From positions 1 to 64,000 of the forward strand of contig CAVTUQ010000031.1 in assembly GCA_963737905.1 (NCBI GenBank): a stretch of 64,000 bases of DNA, written 5' to 3'. Source of the DNA: an uncultured delta proteobacterium. Its GTDB lineage: Bacteria > Desulfobacterota > Binatia > UBA9968. A program made the position numbers and the translations under genes. This document shows positions 18,876 through 29,229 of this stretch, one piece after another. How positions within the stretch are numbered: the stretch's first letter is position 1; each line of letters opens with the position of its first letter. The notes under the pieces were generated by a model. It did no database searches. It was not told where the DNA came from and worked only from the letters and a program-made list of their open reading frames with translations.

Positions 18876-21443
18876 GTGAGTGTCCCAATGCAATTGCCTA
18901 TTGAGTCTCCTCTCGCGCCACTGACGAGCTCGGGGAAAGTCAGGCCATTCGGTAGATCTTTTTGCCTCAACTCAGAAAAGTTCTTTCTAAAAGGAGTGAC
19001 GTATGGGCCGTTCGCGCTTTCACGAAACGGCGCTCCGTTTCCCGAAGCTGCGACGATTGAGATCGATTTTGCTTTGATGTCAGAGCTCGGAGTCAACAGT
19101 TTTCGCACCTTTACTCCGGCTCCGAATTGGCTCCTCGATAAGGCCGCCGCTTATGGTCTTAGAGTCATCACCGGAATTCCTTGGGCGCAACATATCTCTT
19201 TTCTTGACTCCTCCCGCACTCGAGCAGAAATCCGTAACACTATTGCTGATAGTGTCCGTGCCAGTAAACAACATCCTGCGGTGTTGGCTCACCTGGTGGG
19301 CAATGAGATTCCTCCTGAGATCGTGCGCTGGTACGGCGCCAAGCGCATTCGCAGATTTCTTCGTGAGTTGGTTGACGTAGCCAAAACGACCGATCCCGAT
19401 GTGCTGGTAAGTTATGCCAATTTTCCTTCGACGGAATATCTTGAGGCCGACTTTACGGACTTCTTGGCCTTCAATGTTTATCTTCATCGAGAAGAGGATT
19501 TTCGGCGCTATCTATTTCACCTCCTCAATTTAGCCGGCGAACGGCCGTTGGTTTTGACGGAGATCGGGATGGATTCCATCCGAGAAGGACTCAAACCTCA
19601 GGCCGAAGCACTGTCTCGGCAACTCGGCGCTAGCTACGAAATGGGTGTTGCGGGGACTGTAATTTTTTCCTGGACCGATGATTGGCACGCCTTCTCGGGC
19701 GCAGAGGGATTTCAAGTTGACGACTGGGCCTTCGGTTTAGTGGAGCGCAGCCGCCGAAAGAAGCCCGCTTTCTGGGCGGTGAAAAATTTCTACGATGGTC
19801 CTCTCCCTCCCGCTCTTCCCCGCTATCCTAAGGTCTCGGTGATTGTATGCGCTTACAACGGCGAGCGAACCATAGACCGCTGTCTCGCCTCATTGGAAAC
19901 CCTCAACTATCCCAACTATGAAGTTGTTGTCGTCAATGACGGCTCGACGGACGGGACGCGGGAAATTGCCGAGCGCTACGCCTATATTCGTCTGATCAAC
20001 CAGGAGAATCAGGGGCTAAGCGCAGCGCGTAACGTCGGACTGCGCGCGGCGCGCGGCGATATCATTGCCTATACCGATTGTGACTGCATGGCCGATCCGG
20101 ATTGGCTGACCCATCTGGTAGCGCGCTTTCTCTCATCGGACTTTGGTGCCGTAGGGGGGCCGAACCTCCCCCCGCCGGACAGTTCATTGGTCGCCAACTG
20201 CGTGGCTGTCTCGCCGGGCGGGCCGACTCATGTGTTGTTGGATGATGAAGTTGCCGAGCACATCCCGGGCTGCAACATGGCTTTTCGGCGGGAAGCGCTG
20301 GAGGCGATCCATGGGTTTGATCCGGTATTTCGGTCCGCCGGAGATGACGTAGATCTCTGTTGGCGACTGCAAAACAAGGGCTACAAGATCGGTTTCAGCG
20401 CGGCTGCGGTCGTATGGCATTTTCGCCGGAACACGGTGCGAGACTATATCAAGCAGCAGCAGGGGTACGGCAAAGCCGAAACTCTCCTATTCTTTAAGCA
20501 CCCCTCTCGTTTTAACGTGCTTGGTCAATCGCGTTGGTTCGGAAGAATTTACGGCGATCTCTCTTCTTTTCTGGCGAGCCGGCAGCCGCGGATTTACACC
20601 GGAGTTTTTGGCAGGGGCCTTTTTCAGACACTATATCAGCCTCCTCCTTCAATAATCTCATGCCTGCCTCTCACGTTGGAGTGGAGTCTGCTCTCTACAC
20701 TACTTCTGGTTTGCGCGTTTGTGTTCGGCGGCGTTTTCTGGGTGGGGCTTGCGCCCTTCTTTCTTACTCTCAGCCGCTGTGTCGCAAGCGCTTTAAAGGC
20801 TCGAATGGCTCCGCCATTTCGCGGCTTGCGAGCGACGCTTCTGGTGGCTCTGTTGGTCTATATTGGACCTCTCATCCGTACACTCGAGCGCTATCGCTGG
20901 CGCATTCGCAGGCATCGAGAAGTGAAGCCGGTCGAATATAATGGGCCCAGGCAAGTCCCGAGGATCTTGTGGCACGAACGCGCCTTTTATCTCTCCTACT
21001 GGAACGAGGAAGGACGGGAAAAGGAGAGTTTGCTTTATTCGGTCATGGACTTTCTCCTGCCGCGCAAATATCTAATTGCCGTGGACCAGGGATGGAGTCA
21101 CTGGGACCTGGAAATTTGCCAAGGTCCGTGGGCCAAAGCACAAATCCGAGCGGCTACGGAAAATCACGGCAGTGCAAAGCGTCTGTTGAGGGTGCGATGT
21201 GCGCTTCGGATGTCGAGGATTTCTTTTACCTGTCTCTGCCTTTATGCTGTGTTGATGGCGGTGGCAGCTTTCCTTTCCATGCCGCAGGTCGCCGCTGCGG
21301 CGTTCGTCACTGGTCTGATTCATGGTAGTGCGATTGCGTACCAAAAATTTCGTCTCGGGCGCGTACTCTACCATGTTGTGGAATCTCTAGCGCACAAGCT
21401 CGATTTCTTGCCGGTGCAAAAATCATCGGAAGAGGCGCAGTGA
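18876..21443 (+). CDS. GH-A clan TIM barrel + GT2 glycosyltransferase fusion with C-terminal TM helices
   Basis: KGVTYGPF, VGNEIP, VLTEIG (GH catalytic pair); VSVIVCAYN, VNDGSTD, TDCD, GDDVDLCWR, QQQGY. Confidence 0.9.
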   Translation: MSVPMQLPIESPLAPLTSSGKVRPFGRSFCLNSEKFFLKGVTYGPFALSRNGAPFPEAATIEIDFALMSELGVNSFRTFTPAPNWLLDKAAAYGLRVITGIPWAQHISFLDSSRTRAEIRNTIADSVRASKQHPAVLAHLVGNEIPPEIVRWYGAKRIRRFLRELVDVAKTTDPDVLVSYANFPSTEYLEADFTDFLAFNVYLHREEDFRRYLFHLLNLAGERPLVLTEIGMDSIREGLKPQAEALSRQLGASYEMGVAGTVIFSWTDDWHAFSGAEGFQVDDWAFGLVERSRRKKPAFWAVKNFYDGPLPPALPRYPKVSVIVCAYNGERTIDRCLASLETLNYPNYEVVVVNDGSTDGTREIAERYAYIRLINQENQGLSAARNVGLRAARGDIIAYTDCDCMADPDWLTHLVARFLSSDFGAVGGPNLPPPDSSLVANCVAVSPGGPTHVLLDDEVAEHIPGCNMAFRREALEAIHGFDPVFRSAGDDVDLCWRLQNKGYKIGFSAAAVVWHFRRNTVRDYIKQQQGYGKAETLLFFKHPSRFNVLGQSRWFGRIYGDLSSFLASRQPRIYTGVFGRGLFQTLYQPPPSIISCLPLTLEWSLLSTLLLVCAFVFGGVFWVGLAPFFLTLSRCVASALKARMAPPFRGLRATLLVALLVYIGPLIRTLERYRWRIRRHREVKPVEYNGPRQVPRILWHERAFYLSYWNEEGREKESLLYSVMDFLLPRKYLIAVDQGWSHWDLEICQGPWAKAQIRAATENHGSAKRLLRVRCALRMSRISFTCLCLYAVLMAVAAFLSMPQVAAAAFVTGLIHGSAIAYQKFRLGRVLYHVVESLAHKLDFLPVQKSSEEAQ

Positions 21444-21456
21444 GAACATCCTGCAG

Positions 21457-23244
21457 ATGAGACGCACGGTTCGATCCTACCTACGCCCGTACCTTCCGGC
21501 TTTCGTGTTCGCCCTGGCACAGGTCGTTTTCATCAGCGCCCTGGAGCTCCTCAAGCCGTGGCCGCTTAAAGTCATCATCGACCATGTTTTGACCGGAACA
21601 CCCGTACCCTGGGAGTTCGTTCAGACCTGGTCCTCACAAAGCATTCTCTGGTTTGCTTGCACGGGTCTGGTCGTCATTTATCTCCTCCTTGGAGGGCTCC
21701 GCATACTCAACGACTATACGACGATCAGAATTGGTCAGAAGATGGTCAACGACCTACGACGGGATCTTTACAGCCAAATCCAGCGTCTGTCTCTTTCTTT
21801 TCATCACCGCCGTCAGGTCGGCGATTTGCTCTACCGGTTGACCTCGGACACTTACGCGATCCAGACCATCACAATGAACGGCCTTTTCCCTGTCTTGTGC
21901 TCGCTTACGCTTTTTGCCGGCATGCTCTTGGTCATGGTCCGCCTGGATCCACATCTCACCTTTTTTGCTCTCATCGTGTGTCCGATCTTAGCGGTCCTCG
22001 TTACTATCTCGCCTCTACGTGGCTGGCTTATCGCTTCCGCTACCCACATGCACCAGCAGAAGAGCAGTGTTTTTTCTCTCGTCCAGTGGGCCATTCCGGC
22101 TATCCGGGTGATTCAGGCCTTCACGAAAGAGGAAGAGGAACACCGCCGTTTCATGGCCCAAAGTCAAAAAAGCCTACGGGCCGACCTTCACTTTTACCTG
22201 CTAGAAAACTTTTATGCAGGCGCGGTCAGTGTCGTGATCGCAATCGGAACCGCCACCGTCATTTGGGTGGGGGCCCGCCACGTACTCGCGGGTACGCTCA
22301 CCATCGGCGGCCTTATTGTGTTTGCCGCTTATTTGACGTCGCTCTATGGCGCCGTAGACTCCATCAGCCAGGCCTACGGCTCTATTCAGGGTGCGAAAGT
22401 GAGTCTGCAAAGAGTGTTCGAGATCATAGAAGAGGAAAACGATCTCAAGGAGGGCTCCAGAGTTATTCCCGATGGTGGAGCCAAGGGAGAAGTAGCCTGG
22501 AGCGGGGTTTCTTTTCACTATAGCGCCGGCCAGCCCGTCTTGAGGCACGTTGACCTTCATGTTCATCCGGGCCAAAAAGTGGCGATCGTTGGCCGAACCG
22601 GAGCAGGCAAATCGACATTGGTAAGCCTACTCCCGCGTTTCTATGATCCTCGAAGCGGCCGGGTGACCATCGATGGCATTGATATTCGCGAATTCCAGCT
22701 CAAATCGTTGCGTCGTCAGATCGCAATGGTACTTCAACCTCCGCTGGTGTTTCCGCTCACTATCCGCGAGAACTTAACTTATGGCCGGCCCGAAGCTACC
22801 GAAGAAGAAGTTATCACTGCCGCCCGCCTTGCCCGGATCCATGAGTCTATTATGGGCTTTCCTCAGGGTTACGATACCGTCGTCGGCGAGCAAGGAGCGA
22901 CACTGTCTGAAGGGGAGAAGCAACGACTCACGATAGCCCGCGCTATCCTCTTCAATGCTCCCATACTCATTCTGGATGAGCCGACTTCTTCGGTCGATGC
23001 CGAGACCGAGGCTCTGATTATGGAAGGCCTGCGGGAACTGACTGCCGGCCGCACCACGTTGATCATCGCGCACAGGCTCTCTACGGTCCGCCAGGCCGAT
23101 CTGATCGTGGTCGTGCGCGGAGGAAGAATCATCGAGCAAGGCTCATTCGATGTGCTCATGCGTCGCCAAGGCGATTTCGCCAAGCTCTATCGCACCCAAT
23201 TCAGCGCTCAAGAAGAAAGAGCACATGCGCTCGTATCAACTTAA
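21457..23244 (+). CDS. ABC exporter, fused permease/ATPase (MsbA/NdvA-like)
   Basis: TM domain, GRTGAGKST, LSEGEKQR, ILDEPTS, IAHRLST. Confidence 0.92.
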   Translation: MRRTVRSYLRPYLPAFVFALAQVVFISALELLKPWPLKVIIDHVLTGTPVPWEFVQTWSSQSILWFACTGLVVIYLLLGGLRILNDYTTIRIGQKMVNDLRRDLYSQIQRLSLSFHHRRQVGDLLYRLTSDTYAIQTITMNGLFPVLCSLTLFAGMLLVMVRLDPHLTFFALIVCPILAVLVTISPLRGWLIASATHMHQQKSSVFSLVQWAIPAIRVIQAFTKEEEEHRRFMAQSQKSLRADLHFYLLENFYAGAVSVVIAIGTATVIWVGARHVLAGTLTIGGLIVFAAYLTSLYGAVDSISQAYGSIQGAKVSLQRVFEIIEEENDLKEGSRVIPDGGAKGEVAWSGVSFHYSAGQPVLRHVDLHVHPGQKVAIVGRTGAGKSTLVSLLPRFYDPRSGRVTIDGIDIREFQLKSLRRQIAMVLQPPLVFPLTIRENLTYGRPEATEEEVITAARLARIHESIMGFPQGYDTVVGEQGATLSEGEKQRLTIARAILFNAPILILDEPTSSVDAETEALIMEGLRELTAGRTTLIIAHRLSTVRQADLIVVVRGGRIIEQGSFDVLMRRQGDFAKLYRTQFSAQEERAHALVST

Positions 23245-23301
23245 ATCTTGCTGTGGATTTCCGCGGGAGCGCGCACACGAGGAAAGAAGCGGGCTGGTAA
23301 A

Positions 23302-24473
23302 ATGAGTCAAAAACTGAGGCTCGTTGTTTTGGGAATGATGGGCCGGTGTCCTTTTGGCGGTCAGAGCTGGCTTTACCTTAACTGGCTCCGAGGACTCCAT
23401 CGGTTGGGCCATGAAGTCTGGTACGTCGAGGATGACACGGTCTGGCCCTACGATCCGCAGCGTAACAGCGTCACGGACGACTGCTCGTATGCCGTCCGCC
23501 ATATTGCGGGTTGCATGAAGCAGGCGGGCATGCCGGACACCTGGGCCTTTCGTCCAGCCTACCGGACCGAAGAATGCTACGGCATTACCAATTCAAAGCT
23601 CGATGAGCTGTACCGGACATGCGATGCGCTGCTTAACGTGGTCGGTGCCACCGATTTGCGCGAGGAGCATCTCACCGCCCGTTTCCGGGTCTATGTGGAA
23701 TGCGATCCGGTCATTGCTGAGCTACAGCTCGCCAACGGCGATCCTCATACGGCAGTCGCACTCTCGAACCATCACGCGATCGTCACCTACGGCGAAAACT
23801 TTGGCTCGGCCGACTGCGGGGTTCCCCTCAATGGTCACCGTTACGGGAAAACGCGACAGCCGGTGGATTTGAATCTTTGGCCGATGGCCTACGAGCACGA
23901 AGCGCGTTTTTTTACTACCATCGGCAACTACCGCCAGGACGGCAACGATGTGGAGTACCGCGGCGAGATCTATCACTGGAGCAAGCATCACGAGTGGGAA
24001 AAATTTCTCGATTTGCCGCGACACACGAACCAACCGTTTGAGCTCGGGATGCGCCCGAAGACCCTGCGGATCGCCAGCGGCTGGAGGCGCACGGTTGGAA
24101 ATTGGTGCCTCCGTTCCGCATGTCGCTGGACGTATTCGGCGACTATCCGGCGTACTTCCGTCGCTCGCGCGCTGAATTGACCGTGGCCAAGGACATGAAT
24201 GTTCGACTCCGGAGCGGATGGTTCAGCGAGCGGGACGCCTGCTATCTAGCTTCCGGCAAGCCGGTGGTCGCTCAGGACACAGGGTTCGGGAATATTCTGC
24301 CGACAGGTGAAGGGCTTTTCGCCTTTTCGACGATGGACCAGGCAGTCGCTGCTATCGATCAGATCAACGGTGACTACCGGCGTCAGTGTCTCGGCGCTCG
24401 CGCAATAGCCGAGGAATATTTTGAAGCCGGCAAGGTTGCGGCTCGTCTGCTCGCCGATCTCGGGATGGCGTGA
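23302..24473 (+). CDS. putative GT-B glycosyltransferase, one frameshift near 24050
   Basis: GLHRLGHEVWYVED ... GWFSERDACYLASGKPVVAQDTG; frames join at MxPEDPADRQRL. Confidence 0.7.
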
Positions 24474-24619
24474 AGTTGACTGCTCTCCTAAGACGTGAGG
24501 CAGGTGAATATGTCATTGCGAAAGAACTAGGACAGTCAAACGCGATACCGCCATGGCCAAATCGCGCGAGCTTCTTAAACAGACCCGCAACACGAAGTTG
24601 ACGAATTTTAGAATGTAAG

Positions 24620-26527
24620 ATGTTTGCAGATAGCCCAAATTCTCCTGGCTCCGTCCTGCAGCGTGAGGCCAATGATTGGGGACTTACGGTGGAGAATGGA
24701 GTGCATTGGTTTCTCGCCCCTAACGGTGAAAAGTTTTTTGGCGCCGGGGTGAACGGGGTCGATGCGGGATGCTCCCCTGAAGACATTGAAGGACGGCCGG
24801 CTTACTATCTTTGGCACCTCTACGCTTCGACGGACACCTGGGCAGCAACCGTCCGCAAGCGTCTCCTGAACTGGGGCTTCAATCACCTGGGTGCCTGGAA
24901 TTTTTGTGAAGAAAAAATCGGTCTCCCTTATATTGCCAATCTCGATCTCGGACGGTTGAGTGAAGCGCTTTGGTTCGATGCCTTTGATCCGGCGTTACCG
25001 TCGCGGGTAATGGACTGGGCAGAGCGCCTCACGGCTCCGCACCGTCAACACGGATTGCGTATCGGTTACTTCCCTGACAATGAAGTCGGATGGTGGAATG
25101 CGGCACTCTTTGAATTCTATCTTGCTAAAGGATGGCGAAATCATACGAAGCAGTTGCTTTGGCAGCTTCTCCACGACCGCTATGGAGGAAAATGGCCGGA
25201 GCTGCTGCGAGACTGGGCGCCATCGGAAAAAGTTGACGGCTTCAAATCTCTCCGCCGTGCTGGCGCCGCGCTCAAGATACGTCCCGGTGGTGCGGGGATT
25301 AAGTTAATCAACGAGTTCACCTATCTTTGTGCAGAGAGATATTACAAGCTGGTCCATGACGCTCTCCGTGCTGCTGATCCGGGGGCTTTGATTTTCAGCG
25401 ACAGGTTGCCGATTTACTACTCGCAGGATGCGGTGCGGGCGATGGCTCCATACGTGGACGTGATTGCGTCAAACTATGATTTGGATGGACCGGACGGCTG
25501 GGTGGCACATTATTTCTTCGAGGGGCTGGCAGGGCTCGCGGGCAAACCTGTTTTAGTTTCCGAATTTTTCTGTGCCGCGATGGAAAACCGGAGCGGCAAC
25601 AAAAACACGGGGCATCTCCTTAAAGTGCCCACCCAAACACAGAGGGCGATGGTTGTTCAGCAGGCTCTCCAGAATTTCGCCCGCCGTCCCAATATTATCG
25701 GCACACACTGGTTTCAATATTACGACGAACCCCAGGGCGGGCGGGCGGATGGCGAAGACTACAACATGGGACTCGTCGATATTTATGACCAACCTTACGA
25801 AGAAGTAGTCGCCGCCTTTCAACGCACTAATTCGTCGCTCCCGCGCCTGCACGCGCAAACCGGCCACGCTCGTCCCCGCATGGACGATGCGCCATTGGGC
25901 ACTATTCCCCGGGCTTCACGCATGATCGACGTTACCGATGCTTCGCTGACGGATTGGGACAAAGACAGAACTCTTATGCGGGGATTTACCGCCGAACCGC
26001 CATACGTTCCTTTCGCCGACATCTATCTCGCATGGCATCCCAACGGATTGTACCTCGCCACAATCGGCATGGATTACATGCATCCAGAAGACGTGTCTTA
26101 TGAAAATAACTTTCCCTTGTCTGAAACTTACCAACTGCATCTCCTGGCGTTCATTCGAGGGCAAGCTTACCATTTTGCGATTCATTTCATGCCCCATGAG
26201 GTAACCTTTGCTCCTGATGCCGCCACGAACGCGAGCAAAAGTATCGCCCTTATTCCTTGCCTATACACCTACTCTCTAGATGGCCAAAGTCGGCCACTAT
26301 CAGGAGCGACAGTGCAGCACCTCAACGCGGAGGCCCCACGTATTTCGTGTGAGGCGCACTTTCCGTCCCAGCTCTTCCAATTACCCTTTTTCAAGAAAGG
26401 GATGAGACTGAAGATGAACATTGTCGTGGTTTCCCATTACCGCGGGCAGGAAATGTTTTGGAGCGAAGGAACGGCACGAAAGACATTTAGTCGACCTGAG
26501 GGCTGGCGTGCTGTAACGCTCAGCTAG
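24620..26527 (+). CDS. glycoside hydrolase, GH50 (beta-agarase)-like, with C-terminal CBM9-like domain
   Basis: WGFNHLGAW, GYFPDNE, PVLVSEF, GTHWFQYYDEP..GRADGEDYNMGLV. Confidence 0.75.
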   Translation: MFADSPNSPGSVLQREANDWGLTVENGVHWFLAPNGEKFFGAGVNGVDAGCSPEDIEGRPAYYLWHLYASTDTWAATVRKRLLNWGFNHLGAWNFCEEKIGLPYIANLDLGRLSEALWFDAFDPALPSRVMDWAERLTAPHRQHGLRIGYFPDNEVGWWNAALFEFYLAKGWRNHTKQLLWQLLHDRYGGKWPELLRDWAPSEKVDGFKSLRRAGAALKIRPGGAGIKLINEFTYLCAERYYKLVHDALRAADPGALIFSDRLPIYYSQDAVRAMAPYVDVIASNYDLDGPDGWVAHYFFEGLAGLAGKPVLVSEFFCAAMENRSGNKNTGHLLKVPTQTQRAMVVQQALQNFARRPNIIGTHWFQYYDEPQGGRADGEDYNMGLVDIYDQPYEEVVAAFQRTNSSLPRLHAQTGHARPRMDDAPLGTIPRASRMIDVTDASLTDWDKDRTLMRGFTAEPPYVPFADIYLAWHPNGLYLATIGMDYMHPEDVSYENNFPLSETYQLHLLAFIRGQAYHFAIHFMPHEVTFAPDAATNASKSIALIPCLYTYSLDGQSRPLSGATVQHLNAEAPRISCEAHFPSQLFQLPFFKKGMRLKMNIVVVSHYRGQEMFWSEGTARKTFSRPEGWRAVTLS

Positions 26528-26687
26528 AGTCCCGGGGAACGCAAAATTTGAAGAGGCTTACATTCAGCCCTCGATTTGAGATAGTCTCTAACTGGTAGGG
26601 AAAATCCTCGGGCGCCAAGGGGCGGGAATGTTTTTTTACGCTGAGGCGATGCTCGCCTCGTCATCGAAGATCTAACGACTGTGACCC

Positions 26688-27434
26688 ATGAGCGGTGAAA
26701 AGTATCTCATCGTTAGTGCTGACGATTTCGGTCAAAGCCTGGGGATAAATAAGGGCATCATAGAAGCGTTCGAGCATGGCATCGTAACCAGCACCAGTCT
26801 GATGACCCGATGGCCTGCCGCCGGCGAAGCGGCCATCTATGCCAGGCAACACCCCAAGCTTAGCGTCGGGCTTCATCTTGATCTGGGCGAGTGGGTTTGC
26901 CGCGACGGAAGTTGGACGCAGCTGTATAGCGTGATTCCCCTGGACGATAAGTCGGCTGTAGAGCGTGAAGTTTCTCAACAATTCGATGTCTTTCAGGAGT
27001 TAATGGGCAGACCTCCCACTCATGTCAACTCTCATCAACATATCCATATACGCGAGCCGGTTCGTTCTGTTACTCTCCAGATTTGTCAGAGTCTTGGAAT
27101 TCCGCTAAGAGACTTGTCTCCTGAAATTCATTATTTTACGAAATTCTATGGTCAAACGCCGGAAGGGCTGCCTATACCCAGCTATATAAGCCTGGACCGC
27201 CTGATCGAAATCATCTCGACCCTTCCAACCGGGTTAACCGTTATCACCTGCCATCCCGGCTACGCGGACGACCTGAAAACAATGTATCAGACGGAGCGTC
27301 GTGACGAACTAAGAGTTCTGTGTGATCCTCGGGTTCGGGCGACGCTCGACGCGCTTCGGATAAATCTTTGCTCATTCAATGACTGGGACAATCTCAAGAG
27401 TTCGCTTAACCAGCCGAGCTCTGACCTGGTTTAA
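26688..27434 (+). CDS. ChbG/HpnK (YdjC) family carbohydrate deacetylase
   Basis: SADDFG, GIVTSTSLM, VGLHLDL, SHQHIH, CHPGY. Confidence 0.9.
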   Translation: MSGEKYLIVSADDFGQSLGINKGIIEAFEHGIVTSTSLMTRWPAAGEAAIYARQHPKLSVGLHLDLGEWVCRDGSWTQLYSVIPLDDKSAVEREVSQQFDVFQELMGRPPTHVNSHQHIHIREPVRSVTLQICQSLGIPLRDLSPEIHYFTKFYGQTPEGLPIPSYISLDRLIEIISTLPTGLTVITCHPGYADDLKTMYQTERRDELRVLCDPRVRATLDALRINLCSFNDWDNLKSSLNQPSSDLV

Positions 27435-27487
27435 TCTTCTCATGCTGCATAGCTCTTGTTGCGTGCGGATCTGTATCGGAGGAGCCC

Positions 27488-28144
27488 ATGACTGAACGCG
27501 AACAAATTTGCCGCAAAGCGGAGTCTTTCTTCAATGACCTGTGGATGCGCGGCGATCCCTGGGAGCTTGAAACCTCAAATTGGGAGCACGAAAGGTATGC
27601 GCGCCTGCTGGCAATGCTCGATCAGCCCCGATACGGGCGCGTCCTCGAAATCGGCTGCGGCGCGGGAACATTCACGCGGCGGCTGGCGGGTCTGGCTGAT
27701 AAGGTACTCGCTCTGGATGTCTCGTCGGAAGCCATCGACAGGGCGCGGGCGGCCCAATCGGATCTCAAACAGATTGAATTCCGCGTCGGAAACATCATGG
27801 ATTACAACCTCAGGGAGGAAGAGCCATGGGACCTCATTGTAATGAGTGAGACCGTTTACTTTCTCGGCTGGCTTTATTCCTTCTTTGATGTTTCCTGGTT
27901 AGCCGCAGAGATGTTCGAGGCGACTCGCCCGGGCGGCCAGATGCTCTTGGCCAACACACAATTCGAAACCGGGGAACCTCTTCTTCGTCCTTGCATCATT
28001 CGCACCTACCGCGACCTGTTCCTGAACGTCGGGTACGAATTAAACGCAGAGAAGATACTTCCCGGCGAAAAACACGGGGTTCGTCTCGAGGTTTTGATGT
28101 CGCTCTTTCGCAAAGTCGACTCAACGGCCGGAACCCCTTCATGA
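27488..28144 (+). CDS. NodS-like SAM-dependent methyltransferase
   Basis: DPWELETSNWEHERY, LEIGCGAGTFT, DLIVMSETVYF. Confidence 0.8.
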   Translation: MTEREQICRKAESFFNDLWMRGDPWELETSNWEHERYARLLAMLDQPRYGRVLEIGCGAGTFTRRLAGLADKVLALDVSSEAIDRARAAQSDLKQIEFRVGNIMDYNLREEEPWDLIVMSETVYFLGWLYSFFDVSWLAAEMFEATRPGGQMLLANTQFETGEPLLRPCIIRTYRDLFLNVGYELNAEKILPGEKHGVRLEVLMSLFRKVDSTAGTPS

Positions 28145-28801
28145 AGCTGTATCGGCCGCACGGCGAATCACTTCATAGATTATATTCTGCTGGTCCCCCC
28201 AAGGATATCGGGCGTCACTACGGCCCTGTCGCGGGTGAATCCGAACCTCGCGCGGCCGTGGCGAAAGCTCATTCAAAATATGATCGAGGAATGTTCCCAA
28301 GTCATAGGTATGGGTATAAAATCCTCGCTGATAGTGTTCGTCACGCTTGCGTTTTGAACGAAGGGGTTGAGGGGGCAAATAAAAAACCAGGATGAGCTTT
28401 TTTGCCGCGCACGAATACAGAGACTGAATGGCTGGAACATAGTCAGGCAAATGCTCCAGCACGTGACGGCAAATGACGGCATCAAACTTGCGGCGAAGCT
28501 TTTTGGTCTCATAGAGCGACATCCGCCGAAACCGATGGCGATCCCCGGGATGGACGCTTTGGGCAACCTCTAGAAACTTCTCCGTGACATCGATGCCAAG
28601 ATAATCAATATTCAGTCCGAGATCGCGAATCAGATCGAACATCACTCCGGTTCCGCAACCCACATCGAGAACCGATGACATGCCATCGAGCAGGCTAAGG
28701 GTTTTCGTTCGCGACGGGTGGGTTTTCCCCTCCGGACCTGAACGCAAAAAATCCTTGGATTGCTCGGTACTCCAACGATGCCAGTTTTCTTTCAGTTTCA
28801 T
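28139..28801 (-). CDS. class I SAM-dependent methyltransferase
   Basis: SVLDVGCGTG, GIDVT, FDAVICRHVLEH. Confidence 0.85.
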   Translation of the reverse strand: MKLKENWHRWSTEQSKDFLRSGPEGKTHPSRTKTLSLLDGMSSVLDVGCGTGVMFDLIRDLGLNIDYLGIDVTEKFLEVAQSVHPGDRHRFRRMSLYETKKLRRKFDAVICRHVLEHLPDYVPAIQSLYSCAAKKLILVFYLPPQPLRSKRKRDEHYQRGFYTHTYDLGTFLDHILNELSPRPREVRIHPRQGRSDARYPWGDQQNIIYEVIRRAADTAS

Positions 28802-29084
28802 GTTGACCCCAACTTAGTTCGATAAAGCGGCCTATGCCCTCGATCGGTTAGAACGAGAAGGGTAGCAATTTCGATAACAATATTAAACCGTGCATACCCA
28901 CTCGATGCCTGATAGTGAGTCTTTAGGCATGTCAGATCGTCGCTCCGTTCCCCCTAAGTCCGTGAATATGCGGTTCTTAGACAAGGACGGTCCGAAGACC
29001 GAAGCGCGCGGTTACCGCCTCAGTTGGGGTATCGCTCGCTGTCTCGTTATTTGCGGGTGTTTGAAACAGAACGAAAGATATCTT

Positions 29085-29229
29085 ATGAAGACTGTCACAG
29101 CTCGTGATTTACAGAAGAACCGTTCAAGAATCCATGGGTGCCTCTCAACACGACCGGATTGTGGTTCCAGGCCGAGGCAAACCGGCCGCCGTGCTGGTGG
29201 CGGCCGAGGGCAGTGACCGGAAAGAGCCG
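29085..29229 (+). pseudogene. Phd/YefM antitoxin remnant
   Basis: MKTVTARDLQK, frameshift, then SQHDRIVVPGRGKPAAVLV, which is the Phd fold pattern; runs into opgC. Confidence 0.55.
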
